Source: a virus
DNA: 64,000 bases
IMG/VR virus record: IMGVR_UViG_3300002092_001375
Coordinates: 3,451 to 67,450 of that record
Reading direction: 5' to 3' (one strand)
The notes under the pieces are model-generated. The model worked only from the letters and a program-made list of their open reading frames with translations. It was not told the origin of the DNA and made no database searches. Shown here piece by piece: positions 49,062-59,439 of this stretch (position 1 is the stretch's first letter; each line of letters opens with the position of its first letter). The translations under genes were made by a program, and so were the position numbers.

Positions 49062-49716
49062 ATAACCTCTTATAAAATTCTGGAAATGGATTATCATTCC
49101 ACACACTCGCTAAATGCTCACACATTGTTTTTTTTATAAAAATCCTAAAATCTATTTTATCACCAATCGTAGAACCATCAAATCTTCCCGTACTATCACT
49201 GCCGATCATTCCTTCTATTTTATTTCGTTGAATAAAACAATCATTTTTTTCAATACAAGCATAAAAATCTATAGTTCGTATAGTATCATCAACTATATAA
49301 AAACAATGAGGGTAAAGGCTCATTTTATAATAACCAGCATCGTCGATATCTTTTAATATTTGAAATAGTTGTTCTTTCCAAGAGGGTATTAATTTTTCTC
49401 CCGAATACTGTATTTTATTCATAGAATTCTCAGAAAATTCTATGAATATTTTATTATCTTCAACATCTAGCAATCTCGGTGCCCAATTATATTTTTGAAA
49501 TATATTAATATATTTTAATTCTCTAACGAAAAAGAAATCAATAAGATCTTTTGTAAGATTTTTATTATTTTTTTGATAACTACTTTTTTCATCCCAGAGC
49601 ATACACATTATATTTCCTTCGGGATTTATCAACGGTGTATACATTAAATTGCTTGTTGATTTTGGATTTTTATCTGTCATTTTATAATAAAAATTCCAAT
49701 TACTAATATCAGTCAT
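49054..49716 (-). CDS. protein kinase/phosphotransferase-like fold protein
   Basis: RELKYI...WAPRLLDV...KIFIE, KMSLYPHCFY, IRTIDFY. Confidence 0.55.
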   Translation of the reverse strand: MTDISNWNFYYKMTDKNPKSTSNLMYTPLINPEGNIMCMLWDEKSSYQKNNKNLTKDLIDFFFVRELKYINIFQKYNWAPRLLDVEDNKIFIEFSENSMNKIQYSGEKLIPSWKEQLFQILKDIDDAGYYKMSLYPHCFYIVDDTIRTIDFYACIEKNDCFIQRNKIEGMIGSDSTGRFDGSTIGDKIDFRIFIKKTMCEHLASVWNDNPFPEFYKRLYD

Positions 49717-50383
49717 GTTCTATTATAAACCCTTCTACTATATATTTTTTTAATTCACCTAATGCCTTACGGTCTAAGTTAAAACTAATAATACCGTTTG
49801 AAAATGAGAAAGAATTAATAATATTAGATTTATTAGCTCTATTTAAAAATGGACTAAGACGTTCATCAAATAAAAATCTAGCATGATCCTCACTGTAATT
49901 ATTACCATTGGTTATTTTTATTTGTACAGAATCATTAAATATTGACCTATTTAATAATTTTCTAACTACTAATTGTATACGATTAATTCTCCCAAAATTT
50001 ACGGCACTATGTAATTCACCTGCATCTAATTCATACCAAGATAAGTCAGTTGTTAACTGAAACATTTCTTTTTTATTTAGATTTATTAAATACGCACAAT
50101 CTCCTGCCAAATTTAAATGATATCGGTCATCAATGTCTGCATGAGATTGATAACATTGTTTAGGTTCTAAACAAATAATTCGAGCTTCACCAATTTCAAA
50201 GGGTAAAGAATTTAATAATTTATCCCAAACTGATCCAATATAATCATTTTTAATTTTCCAGGGATCATAGAAAAAATCTCCGGTAGGTTCATTAATTGCA
50301 TATCTGAAATTTATTTTTGGTAAATTATTAGTTGCTTCATGAATTAATTTTAAATCTACTGTATAATTTATTTTTTTTAACAT
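49709..50383 (-). CDS. Asp/Asn beta-hydroxylase-like Fe(II)/2OG oxygenase
   Basis: EARIICLEPKQCYQSHADIDDRYHL, LHSAVN...RIQLVV. Confidence 0.8.
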   Translation of the reverse strand: MLKKINYTVDLKLIHEATNNLPKINFRYAINEPTGDFFYDPWKIKNDYIGSVWDKLLNSLPFEIGEARIICLEPKQCYQSHADIDDRYHLNLAGDCAYLINLNKKEMFQLTTDLSWYELDAGELHSAVNFGRINRIQLVVRKLLNRSIFNDSVQIKITNGNNYSEDHARFLFDERLSPFLNRANKSNIINSFSFSNGIISFNLDRKALGELKKYIVEGFIIEHD

Positions 50384-50388
50384 AAAAA

Positions 50389-50419
50389 TATTTATACCAC
50401 ACAACAAAAGACGTAAATA
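50389..50419. promoter_or_regulatory. divergent late-promoter-like motifs (TATAAATA on -, CGTAAATA on +)
   Basis: Exact T4 late consensus at 50389-96 (minus), 5 nt before ATG; 50412-19 (plus), 4 nt before ATG. Confidence 0.65.
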
Positions 50420-50423
50420 AAAT

Positions 50424-51284
50424 ATGGATAGAGAAAAAATAGCAAAAGATTATGATAAAATATGGCTAGAAATCGATCGGCCACAACCTCTGTCTGATCA
50501 AAAAATCGAAAAACTAATTCATGATGTACTACATGGTAATGTAGATAAAGATATAAGTGATGCCATTTATATAAATTTTAAAAAAGAAATGACCAATTGG
50601 TTATTATCTAGTAAATTAAATACAATTAGAGGTTTAGAAAATTTTAATAGAGTTGACATCATTAACGGTTGTACGCAATTTATTGATACACTATATATGC
50701 AAAACTCAATTCAAATTATTGAAGGAGATTACAAATATCATCAAAGATTAAATCATGATATTTGTTTTAGCAATCCGGGATCTTTAATTCCTAATGTACC
50801 TTTAATTATAGCTGCTCCTTTTCCTAGTATAGGTAATATACACCCACACACAATAGATATATTTAATGAAGCATTTGAAAAAAATATATCAGTTCATATC
50901 GACGGTGCATGGCTAACATGCAGTCGTAATATTAATTTTAATGTAGATCATCCGGCAATTAAATCAGTTGCTATAAGTTTAAGTAAAGGATTAGGGTTAG
51001 GTTGGAATCGTATTGGATTACGATGGACTAAAAATTTGGTATCAGATGCTATTACATTACAGAATGATTTTAAAATGAATCTTCGAGCTCCGGTAATTAT
51101 AGGATTGCATTTCTTACGAAATTTAAATCCCGATCATTTATGGAATACACATGATAAAAATTATGAAAAAATCTGCAACGACTTTGGATTAACGCCAACT
51201 AATAGTATTCATATTGCCTTACAAAATTTGAAACCAGTAGGTCTTGCACCTCTTATTAGATATTTAGATGAACACAACCAGTAA
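50424..51284 (+). CDS. PLP-dependent (fold type I) enzyme-like protein
   Basis: HIDGAW and SLSKGLGLGWNRIG (S.SK...RIG Schiff-base lysine motif). Confidence 0.7.
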   Translation: MDREKIAKDYDKIWLEIDRPQPLSDQKIEKLIHDVLHGNVDKDISDAIYINFKKEMTNWLLSSKLNTIRGLENFNRVDIINGCTQFIDTLYMQNSIQIIEGDYKYHQRLNHDICFSNPGSLIPNVPLIIAAPFPSIGNIHPHTIDIFNEAFEKNISVHIDGAWLTCSRNINFNVDHPAIKSVAISLSKGLGLGWNRIGLRWTKNLVSDAITLQNDFKMNLRAPVIIGLHFLRNLNPDHLWNTHDKNYEKICNDFGLTPTNSIHIALQNLKPVGLAPLIRYLDEHNQ

Positions 51285-52533
51285 AACATTTTGTATGCAT
51301 CCATTTACTGGATTAGCAACTAGAGAAGACGGTGCTATTCTAGCATGTTGCCGTAGCCAACCGATCGGGTGGATACAAAATAATTCTCTAGAAGAGATTT
51401 GGAATAATGATGCTATTAAAAATATACGACATCAAGTATTAAATAACCAAAGACCTAAAGAATGTAATGCATGTTTTAGTTTAGAAGACCACGGTGTGGA
51501 AAGTTTAAGACAACGGCATATAACCAATAATATACCAGAATCTAGAATAAATTTATATCCAGATGCATTAGATGATCTAAACTCAAACTACGAGATGCCT
51601 TTTAAAATTCCTACTATGGAAATTAAATTAAATAATCTTTGTAATCTTAAATGTCGTATGTGTCATCCAATGGATAGTACTAGTTGGAATGATTGGGAGG
51701 AAGTTGAAGAATTTTATGCCAAAGAAGGCAACTTTATGGTCAAGGCCATAAGAGATCTTAACCTTATTCGTAAACCTTACCTAGACAAATTTGATAATAC
51801 CCTTAACTGGTGGACTAGTTTTGAAAAGTTGTTGCCCTATTTTCGCCGTGTAGAATTTGCAGGCGGAGAACCGTTGATGGATCCCCAACACTACCATATA
51901 TTAGATATGTTAAAACCTTACGGTAATAATATAGAATTAAAATATGCTACAAATGGTACAACTTTAGGAATATCTAAAGGAAGAAATATCCACAATTACT
52001 GGAAAGATTTTAAAAGTATTGCTATTAATATTAGTATCGACGGAATTGATGATGTTTACAATTATATTCGCGGTAATGGTAATTGGGATCAAATTGTTAA
52101 CAATATTCAAGAATTTAAAAAAATTCCTAATATAAACAGAATAGTTGGAGCTGTTGCTGTACAAATAAGCAATATATTAATTTTAGATGAAATGATAGAA
52201 TATTTTTTAAATGATTTAGGTATTGTGTTTTATACAAATTTAGTTAAATATCCAAATGTATTATCGATACAAGTTCTACCTTACGATTTAAAAAAATTAG
52301 TTATAAAAAAATTAAAAATTGTAAAAACTCGAGTACACAAATTTAAATATGTAAAAGAAAATCCAATATTACACAAGATAACTATTAAACAAATTAATGG
52401 AATTATTAATTTTATCATTGCTGAAGATTTAAACTATCTGTGGAAAGATTGTGTCGAGTTTAATCGTAGATTAGATAAAACCCGTAATCAAAATTTTTTA
52501 AATATAACACCAGAATTTAAAAATTATGTATAA
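51268..52533 (+). CDS. radical SAM enzyme with N-terminal SPASM/Twitch-like Cys domain
   Basis: FCMHPF...ACC...CNAC; CNLKCRMC; FAGGEP; YATNGT. Confidence 0.92.
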   Translation: MNTTSKTFCMHPFTGLATREDGAILACCRSQPIGWIQNNSLEEIWNNDAIKNIRHQVLNNQRPKECNACFSLEDHGVESLRQRHITNNIPESRINLYPDALDDLNSNYEMPFKIPTMEIKLNNLCNLKCRMCHPMDSTSWNDWEEVEEFYAKEGNFMVKAIRDLNLIRKPYLDKFDNTLNWWTSFEKLLPYFRRVEFAGGEPLMDPQHYHILDMLKPYGNNIELKYATNGTTLGISKGRNIHNYWKDFKSIAINISIDGIDDVYNYIRGNGNWDQIVNNIQEFKKIPNINRIVGAVAVQISNILILDEMIEYFLNDLGIVFYTNLVKYPNVLSIQVLPYDLKKLVIKKLKIVKTRVHKFKYVKENPILHKITIKQINGIINFIIAEDLNYLWKDCVEFNRRLDKTRNQNFLNITPEFKNYV

Positions 52534-53422
52534 AGTATCAAGTAGATGGCCTCATCAATCGTCAATTAAAATAGAATGGAACATTGGAAAACGATGTAAT
52601 TATGATTGTAGTTATTGTCCTCCAATAATTCACGATAACACAAGTCGTCACACTAACATTGAAATTCTTAAATTAACTATTGATAAATTAATTAAATTAA
52701 ACAAACCATTACGATTAAGTTTTACAGGTGGTGAACCCTGTATACATCCTAAATTTAATGAGTTAATAACATACGCAAAAAAAGAACAAATACAGTGGAT
52801 AAGTGTAACAACTAATGGTACTCGTACTGCTAAATTTTATTCCGATATTCTAGTTAATCAATACATATTTAGTTTACACCTAGAATACGACTGGCAGCGT
52901 GTATTTAACACGTTATTACATATACATAAGACAACAGATATTAAAATTATCGCGCAAATTATGTGCCACCATAATCATTTTGATTCTGCTAAAATCTTAT
53001 TTGATAAATGTTTAGATGAAGATATCCCATTTACACTACGACGTATACGGTGGACCGACGGTGACCACGATGTCTTTGATGATACAAAGTATAATCAAAT
53101 TTATTTAGATTGGATTAAAGAACACGAGGCAACTATAATAGGAAACTGTATAATAGATGACATCCGAGTTATTCATGCAAATGATATTATTAAATTACAC
53201 TTAAATAAATATAAGAATTGGTTATGTAATGCAGGAATTGAAAGTTTAATGATAAATTGGGACGGTGATGTACACAGAGCGACTTGTAGAGTCGGTGGTA
53301 GTCTAGGCAACATATATGAAGGCAACTTCGTTGCACCTAGCGAACCCGTAACTTGTGACCGTAATTTCTGTACCTGCGCGGCAGACATTCCACTTACAAA
53401 ATATGCACCTGCAAACACTTAA
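52526..53422 (+). CDS. radical SAM enzyme with C-terminal SPASM/Twitch domain
   Basis: CNYDCSYC, FTGGEP, TTNGT; CNAG...RATC...CDRNFCTC. Confidence 0.92.
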   Translation: MYKVSSRWPHQSSIKIEWNIGKRCNYDCSYCPPIIHDNTSRHTNIEILKLTIDKLIKLNKPLRLSFTGGEPCIHPKFNELITYAKKEQIQWISVTTNGTRTAKFYSDILVNQYIFSLHLEYDWQRVFNTLLHIHKTTDIKIIAQIMCHHNHFDSAKILFDKCLDEDIPFTLRRIRWTDGDHDVFDDTKYNQIYLDWIKEHEATIIGNCIIDDIRVIHANDIIKLHLNKYKNWLCNAGIESLMINWDGDVHRATCRVGGSLGNIYEGNFVAPSEPVTCDRNFCTCAADIPLTKYAPANT

Positions 53423-54248
53423 TCCTTCTAATTATAAAAGACTATTTGCGTTCGGATGTAGTTTTACAAGATACTACTGGCCAACATGGGCCGATATACT
53501 TGCAGAAGATATTCCTTATTACGAAAACTGGGGGTGGGGCGGTGCTGGTAATCTTTATATTTTTAATGCTATTATGGAGGCACATAATAGGCATAAGTTT
53601 ACTAAAGATGATTTAATTGTAGTAATGTGGAGCAATAAGAATCGCGAAGACAGATATGTTAATAATCAATGGCTAGTAACGCCAGGATCAAATTTAGAAA
53701 AAACATACGGCGCAGATTGGGTCAAAAAATTCTACGATGAACGAGGTTGTATGATTCGAGATTTGGCAATATTGCAATCAACACAACTTTTTTTAGATAC
53801 GTTAGACTGTGATTGGATTAACATGTCTATCAACACGTTTGCTAACGAAGATCTTAATAAAATAAAAGCTACTGCTCCGCAGTATATTTCAGGTAAAGCA
53901 GATTGGAATCAAGAAGTGATAGTGCCATTACATCAAGGTGTTATTTCAGACTTGTTTATAAATCGCGATGTTATTGACTGCTATAAAAATGTATTTTTAA
54001 AATTACATCCTTCAGTATTCAAGACACTACAAGACACTAAGGAATATAAAGCCCACCCAAGACCCAACAACGGTGATGGTCACCCTACACCTTTTGAAAT
54101 TTTAACATATTTAGATTTGATTTTTCCTGGCAACACTATCAGCAACAAGGCACGACTATACACCTTAACACATGAACAGCAAGTTTGGAAAGGAAAGATT
54201 GATCAGGATACGTTTGAATCTAAATCTGTAAAAGTTGTTAGGCTATAA
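53403..54248 (+). CDS. SGNH hydrolase-like protein
   Basis: FAFGCSFT, GGAGN, VMWS, DGHPT. Confidence 0.65.
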   Translation: MHLQTLNPSNYKRLFAFGCSFTRYYWPTWADILAEDIPYYENWGWGGAGNLYIFNAIMEAHNRHKFTKDDLIVVMWSNKNREDRYVNNQWLVTPGSNLEKTYGADWVKKFYDERGCMIRDLAILQSTQLFLDTLDCDWINMSINTFANEDLNKIKATAPQYISGKADWNQEVIVPLHQGVISDLFINRDVIDCYKNVFLKLHPSVFKTLQDTKEYKAHPRPNNGDGHPTPFEILTYLDLIFPGNTISNKARLYTLTHEQQVWKGKIDQDTFESKSVKVVRL

Positions 54249-55628
54249 CAAATTTACTAATTCAGGAAATACTGTTTTAGCATTCATGCTTCGAATTGAA
54301 TCTAAGTTAACAACGTATTCTTTAAAGTCGGGCAGTAAATGAGTATGATCTTCTGCTTCAATGAATTTTAATATTGCTGCCCATCGAGGCCATCCATATG
54401 GATTATTAATCCAAAATTCATCATCTTGTCGATAATTTTCCCATAACCATTTTTTAAATTCCATAAATTTATCACGTATACGTTGCTTATGATCTTTAGT
54501 TAATATTCGAGCACTAAGGAATGTTGGTATAAACAACAGATGCATACTAAAAATGCCGCCACCGGCTTGATATTCTGAAAGATAATGTTTATTAACTTTT
54601 TTAAAATTTTGATTAATAATAAATTTAGCAAAATCAGGCAAGTGCTCAATGTTTAATGCTTGTACTGCAACTTCGATGCTTGTAGAAATGTTTTCCGGAG
54701 TATTATCAAGTTGGGTTAATACTCGCATAACATCATTCCATTTTGTTGGATATCTTATATAATAGTTTCTATCTGACTCTGCGTCAATGCTTATATTAAA
54801 TTTAACATGTTTAAACTGTGACCATATATCTATCATATTATCCGATAATAAAATTCCATTAGAATTATATCGCAAACTGATTTCTTTACTGTACCCACGT
54901 TTAATAATTTCTTCTAAGAACCATTGATGCTCTTTTATCATTAATGGCTCGCCGCCTGCAAAATAAAGTTTTTTAATATTTGGAATTTGATCAAATATAT
55001 CATTCCAAAATCCAGATTTTTCATACCAATAGTTATTAAAACTTTTACTATCCCATTTGATTTGATTTAATACATTAGGACTCTTAACACTATTCATTAC
55101 TTTTTCATAATCTTGTACCCATCTCGAACTATCGTGCGGAGAACACATTACACATTTTAAATTACAAGTATGTCCCAATCTTAAATCTAAATATCGTATA
55201 ACTGGTGGTACAGTGCCATCTGATTCTGTTTCATTGATAACCTTTTTAAAATCAAAATCGTCATTATTCCAATCATACATCTCCCATAGCCGTTTACTTA
55301 CTACTCCGTTGCTTTCTTCTTCAAAACATTTTGTACAACTAGCAGGAACTTTTCCTTCTATCATTGTTTGACGCACTGATTTCATATAATCATTATTAAA
55401 TGCTTCTAATGGTGTATCAACGCCAAAGTTGGCAGGTTTTCCATTTTCTTTTTTAATAAGTCCAATACTATGATCACCAGTACTAGCACCACTAGCATTA
55501 GCTACGCAACATAATCGACAATCCCCATTAGGTCTTGTAGCCATATGTATCCAAGGTAAAACACAGAACGTAGGAGAACCAGTAAGTTCTTCTATTTGTT
55601 TTACATAATTTTTAATTTTATCGTTCAT
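54243..55628 (-). CDS. radical SAM enzyme with N-terminal SPASM/Twitch-like Cys domain
   Basis: FCVLPW...RLCC...CTKC; CNLKCVMC; FAGGEP; YNSNG. Confidence 0.92.
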   Translation of the reverse strand: MNDKIKNYVKQIEELTGSPTFCVLPWIHMATRPNGDCRLCCVANASGASTGDHSIGLIKKENGKPANFGVDTPLEAFNNDYMKSVRQTMIEGKVPASCTKCFEEESNGVVSKRLWEMYDWNNDDFDFKKVINETESDGTVPPVIRYLDLRLGHTCNLKCVMCSPHDSSRWVQDYEKVMNSVKSPNVLNQIKWDSKSFNNYWYEKSGFWNDIFDQIPNIKKLYFAGGEPLMIKEHQWFLEEIIKRGYSKEISLRYNSNGILLSDNMIDIWSQFKHVKFNISIDAESDRNYYIRYPTKWNDVMRVLTQLDNTPENISTSIEVAVQALNIEHLPDFAKFIINQNFKKVNKHYLSEYQAGGGIFSMHLLFIPTFLSARILTKDHKQRIRDKFMEFKKWLWENYRQDDEFWINNPYGWPRWAAILKFIEAEDHTHLLPDFKEYVVNLDSIRSMNAKTVFPELVNLL

Positions 55629-56680
55629 TTTATTACCTGATCATTAATACTTATAAATGGACTATCGAGACTACACATTATTATACAAGCACTACTTGAT
55701 CGTTCTTTCCATTTTTTTTGCCAAGTTTGTTGCCATTCTTCAGTTTCTATAATAGATTTTAAACTTTGTTCTAATACATTAAATTTAGTAAAACCTAATA
55801 CTTGTTCCTGAACTTTCTTACCTTCTTCAATTATACTATTATCTTCACCAAGTAAATTTATATCATAATTTGTATATAAAAAAGATCCAATTATACAACA
55901 AGGACTCAATAAGTAATTTGCATCAATATATAGCTCTTTATCGCAAAAACTTTCACATTTAATTTTATCTGCATTTGGCCAATTTTGATGCATTTGTAAA
56001 TTTTTTTTATCTATAGGTATAATTAGGCTGTCTTTCGGTTGCTCAATATGATAGATAACATCGCCTTTCCTATTAACAACCGGAAAAGGTTTACTAAATC
56101 TCTTACTATTTTTTAATACAAATGATTTAAACCCTAACTCTTTAGATAATTTTTCAGCTTGTAAAATTTGATAATCGTTGTGTTGAAATCTAATAAAACT
56201 CCACTCAGCGTTTCCTCCAGAATCAATAAATGATGTTGCATTTAATATAATTTTATTATAATCTGTACCTATTCTATGATAGCTATGTGTATCACGTAGT
56301 CCATCGATCCCAAAAACAACTTTATGATTTAATGGCATTTCTAATGCCAATCTACTCCACCATTCTTTTGATCTTGTGCTTCCATTTGTAAAAATTAAAA
56401 CTTCTAAATTAGGATTTATTTCTTTTATATATTTTATCATAGAAATTAAATCATTATTCATAGTTGGTTCGCCGAAATCTCCACAAAAATTTAAATGATT
56501 AATTTGATTTAAAACTTCAACATTAATTATTTTAACAAAATCATCAAAAGACCAATTGTTAATTGTTAACAATGGGTTCTTAATTCCGCCATGAATATTG
56601 CGAGGACACATCGGACAACTAGCTTGACAATTATTTGTAATCTCTATTTGGATAGATTTTAATTGATTAAATTTAAACAT
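55625..56680 (-). CDS. radical SAM/SPASM enzyme
   Basis: CQASCPMC, CGDFGEP, FTNGS; C-terminal PCC...CIIMC. Confidence 0.9.
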   Translation of the reverse strand: MFKFNQLKSIQIEITNNCQASCPMCPRNIHGGIKNPLLTINNWSFDDFVKIINVEVLNQINHLNFCGDFGEPTMNNDLISMIKYIKEINPNLEVLIFTNGSTRSKEWWSRLALEMPLNHKVVFGIDGLRDTHSYHRIGTDYNKIILNATSFIDSGGNAEWSFIRFQHNDYQILQAEKLSKELGFKSFVLKNSKRFSKPFPVVNRKGDVIYHIEQPKDSLIIPIDKKNLQMHQNWPNADKIKCESFCDKELYIDANYLLSPCCIIGSFLYTNYDINLLGEDNSIIEEGKKVQEQVLGFTKFNVLEQSLKSIIETEEWQQTWQKKWKERSSSACIIMCSLDSPFISINDQVIK

Positions 56681-56685
56681 TTGAG

Positions 56686-57780
56686 TTATGCTATTATTGA
56701 ATTTCGTATCTCTATAAAATCATCTATATTTTTTGCTTTAGGAGCACACATACCACATCCGCATCGATTATTTGGGCAAATTATATTAGGAATTATTTCT
56801 TGATTAATCTTATTAGAAATTTCATTTAAAATTAAATCACTGTTAGATAAATTCCCAATTGGTCCTTTCTTTTTTTCAAGCAATGCCTTACATGTTTGAT
56901 GATGATAAACATCCTTAGTTTCTTGATCAATATATAGAAAAAACCAATCTATTAAACAATACCAATCTTTAAAAGAGGTATCGATTAAATTAATTGTTTT
57001 CCATTCTCCGTCTATCTTTCCCGATAAACATATTCCACCACAACATGAACGCCCCATTTGATTGCCTTCTAAACTATTATTAGATTTTTTATTAAATCCT
57101 TGTTGTTCCCAAAACCACTCTTGTTGTTCGGCTGTATATGTATGACTTGTTCTTCGATAAGAACCACCATCATCAATAAACCAACCTGTTCTAGTTATAG
57201 CACCATCACCGATTGGTCTTAATTTACATATGATTTTATTTTCATTTAACATCTCATATATGGATATACATTCATCCCAGTGATCCACATGCAGCATTAT
57301 ATTAACATGTAAATATTTTCCGCCTTGTTTTAATGCTAATATATTTTTTATAACTTGATCTTTTAATTTTTTATTAGCTTCGGCATGATAACTAACACTG
57401 ACTCCTCCAAAATTATCAATAATATTTTTTGTAAATCTCTCACTCCAGGCTCCGTTTGTATTTAAACTTAAACTTATATTGTTAGAAGTGTTATTAATGT
57501 GCTCTATTAAATTCCAAAAATTAGGATTAACTGTTGGCTCCCCACCGGTAAAATTAATATTTGTATTAATTGGTTCTTTTCGTTTAGAATTATATAAATC
57601 TGTATATTTCCAAATAAAATCAAATGTTTGTATTAATTCTTCTAAACTCCTATGATGACTATAATTATTGTGGCGAGTTGATTCACAATATGTACAATCA
57701 TAATTACATCGTCGCCCTGTGTCCCAAACTACACTAAACGTATTTTTATTTACATGTTTGATTGCTGTAGTCTTTATCAT
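56686..57780 (-). CDS. radical SAM/SPASM enzyme
   Basis: CNYDCTYC, FTGGEP, NTNG; CCGG, CPNNRCGCGMC. Confidence 0.9.
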   Translation of the reverse strand: MIKTTAIKHVNKNTFSVVWDTGRRCNYDCTYCESTRHNNYSHHRSLEELIQTFDFIWKYTDLYNSKRKEPINTNINFTGGEPTVNPNFWNLIEHINNTSNNISLSLNTNGAWSERFTKNIIDNFGGVSVSYHAEANKKLKDQVIKNILALKQGGKYLHVNIMLHVDHWDECISIYEMLNENKIICKLRPIGDGAITRTGWFIDDGGSYRRTSHTYTAEQQEWFWEQQGFNKKSNNSLEGNQMGRSCCGGICLSGKIDGEWKTINLIDTSFKDWYCLIDWFFLYIDQETKDVYHHQTCKALLEKKKGPIGNLSNSDLILNEISNKINQEIIPNIICPNNRCGCGMCAPKAKNIDDFIEIRNSIIA

Positions 57781-58853
57781 AATATTTTCTTATCTATAAA
57801 TTGATCCATTGGTTTACTTAGTTTATTAACACCGCATGTTCTTGCACAAGTTATCATTTTTGTATCATTCCAATATTTTTCCCAAATTGTTTGATATATA
57901 TCACTGTCAATTATAGATTGTAATGTATTCTGTGTCGCATCTAAAAAATTAATACCACCGAAATCTTTAATTAAGTTATTATATTGTAATATCATTTCTT
58001 GTCTAATACTAGCAATTTTATCCGAAGACTTAGAATAATTATAAGGTATACTTGCAATCCAACAACACGGAAATACTCGCCCAAATGCATCGATATAAAC
58101 TTCACGCAACTTCTGTGCATAACAAATTATATCACTTTCGTCTACTATATTTTTATAATTTTCAATTATATCTTGATTTATAAAAACAATATTACTGTTA
58201 TCTGATGGTTCTAAGTAATGAGTAATATTATTATTTTTATCATATACAGGAAATTTAAAATCAATCAAAAATCTACTACTATCTTTAAGTGTAAAAACTT
58301 TAAATCCTAAATCCATTGCTATTTCTTTAGCAGATTCTACTTCATGTTCATTATGTTTAAATCTTATAAAAGTCCAATCGGCATTTCCGCCGGCTTCGAT
58401 AAAAGCAGTGGCATTTCTTTGAATTTGAAAATAATCGGTACCTTGTCTATATAAACTATGTGTATTTTCAAGTCCATCTATAGCAAATACTACCATATGA
58501 TTTTCAGGTAAGGAGTTAGCTAATTCTTTCCACCAAGACTCATTTCGAGCACTACCATTTGTATGTATTCTAACATTTATCAACGATGCGTTTTCTTTTA
58601 CGTACCTACACATTTTAATTAAATCAGAATTTATGATAGGATCACCAAAATTTCCACAAAATACTATAGTTTTAATCTGGTTTAATACTTCATGATTTAT
58701 TATAATTTTAAATTTTTCAAATGACCAAGTGTTGAGTTTTAATAAAGGATTATCTAATCCCCCATGATAATTTCTACTACACATTGGGCAACTTGCTTGA
58801 CAATTATTTGTGATTTCTAAATGTACTTGCGATAATTCGGTAAATTTAAACAT
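57777..58853 (-). CDS. radical SAM/SPASM enzyme (paralog of 55625..56680)
   Basis: CQASCPMC, CGNFGDP, HTNGS; FPCCW...CARTC. Confidence 0.9.
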   Translation of the reverse strand: MFKFTELSQVHLEITNNCQASCPMCSRNYHGGLDNPLLKLNTWSFEKFKIIINHEVLNQIKTIVFCGNFGDPIINSDLIKMCRYVKENASLINVRIHTNGSARNESWWKELANSLPENHMVVFAIDGLENTHSLYRQGTDYFQIQRNATAFIEAGGNADWTFIRFKHNEHEVESAKEIAMDLGFKVFTLKDSSRFLIDFKFPVYDKNNNITHYLEPSDNSNIVFINQDIIENYKNIVDESDIICYAQKLREVYIDAFGRVFPCCWIASIPYNYSKSSDKIASIRQEMILQYNNLIKDFGGINFLDATQNTLQSIIDSDIYQTIWEKYWNDTKMITCARTCGVNKLSKPMDQFIDKKIL

Positions 58854-59439
58854 TACGAAATCCTATAATCATATATCTTGTATATAATTGTGTAGGCATT
58901 TCGCCCTCCCAAATAATTTTTAAATGGCTTTCTTTTTTAAATTCATCTAATGATGCATGACACCGTATATGTTCTGGAATATTATAATTATTACTTTGCA
59001 ATATAATTAAACTATTAGTTGACAAATTATTTAACCATAAATTATATTGATTTTGAGTAATGTGCTCACAACTAGTATTAATAATTATATCAGCCGAAGA
59101 GCCTATATCACACATATCAGCAGTTATGGCTTCAAACCTTCCATTCATTTCTTCAATTTTATTAACAGTATTTGCGGTTTCTTTACAATTTGGATCTATA
59201 TCAATTGATTTTATATTATTGGTATCAATCGATGATTGAAATAATAAACTAGCCAATACACCATTCCAGCCTCCATATATTGTAATATCAACTTTTTTAG
59301 AAATAAATGGTTTAAGATTATCAATCAACCATAATTTGCTCCTTATTTGTCCTTTCCAAAAACTTTCTAGAGTTCTTATAGGATCTCGACTGTTGCGAAT
59401 AGCATCCATCCAAAACAACACATGTTCTATATCAATCAC
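58846..59439 (-). CDS. class I SAM-dependent methyltransferase-like protein
   Basis: IYGGWNGVLA motif I, SIDIDP, IINTSCEH. Confidence 0.7.
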   Translation of the reverse strand: MIDIEHVLFWMDAIRNSRDPIRTLESFWKGQIRSKLWLIDNLKPFISKKVDITIYGGWNGVLASLLFQSSIDTNNIKSIDIDPNCKETANTVNKIEEMNGRFEAITADMCDIGSSADIIINTSCEHITQNQYNLWLNNLSTNSLIILQSNNYNIPEHIRCHASLDEFKKESHLKIIWEGEMPTQLYTRYMIIGFRNV

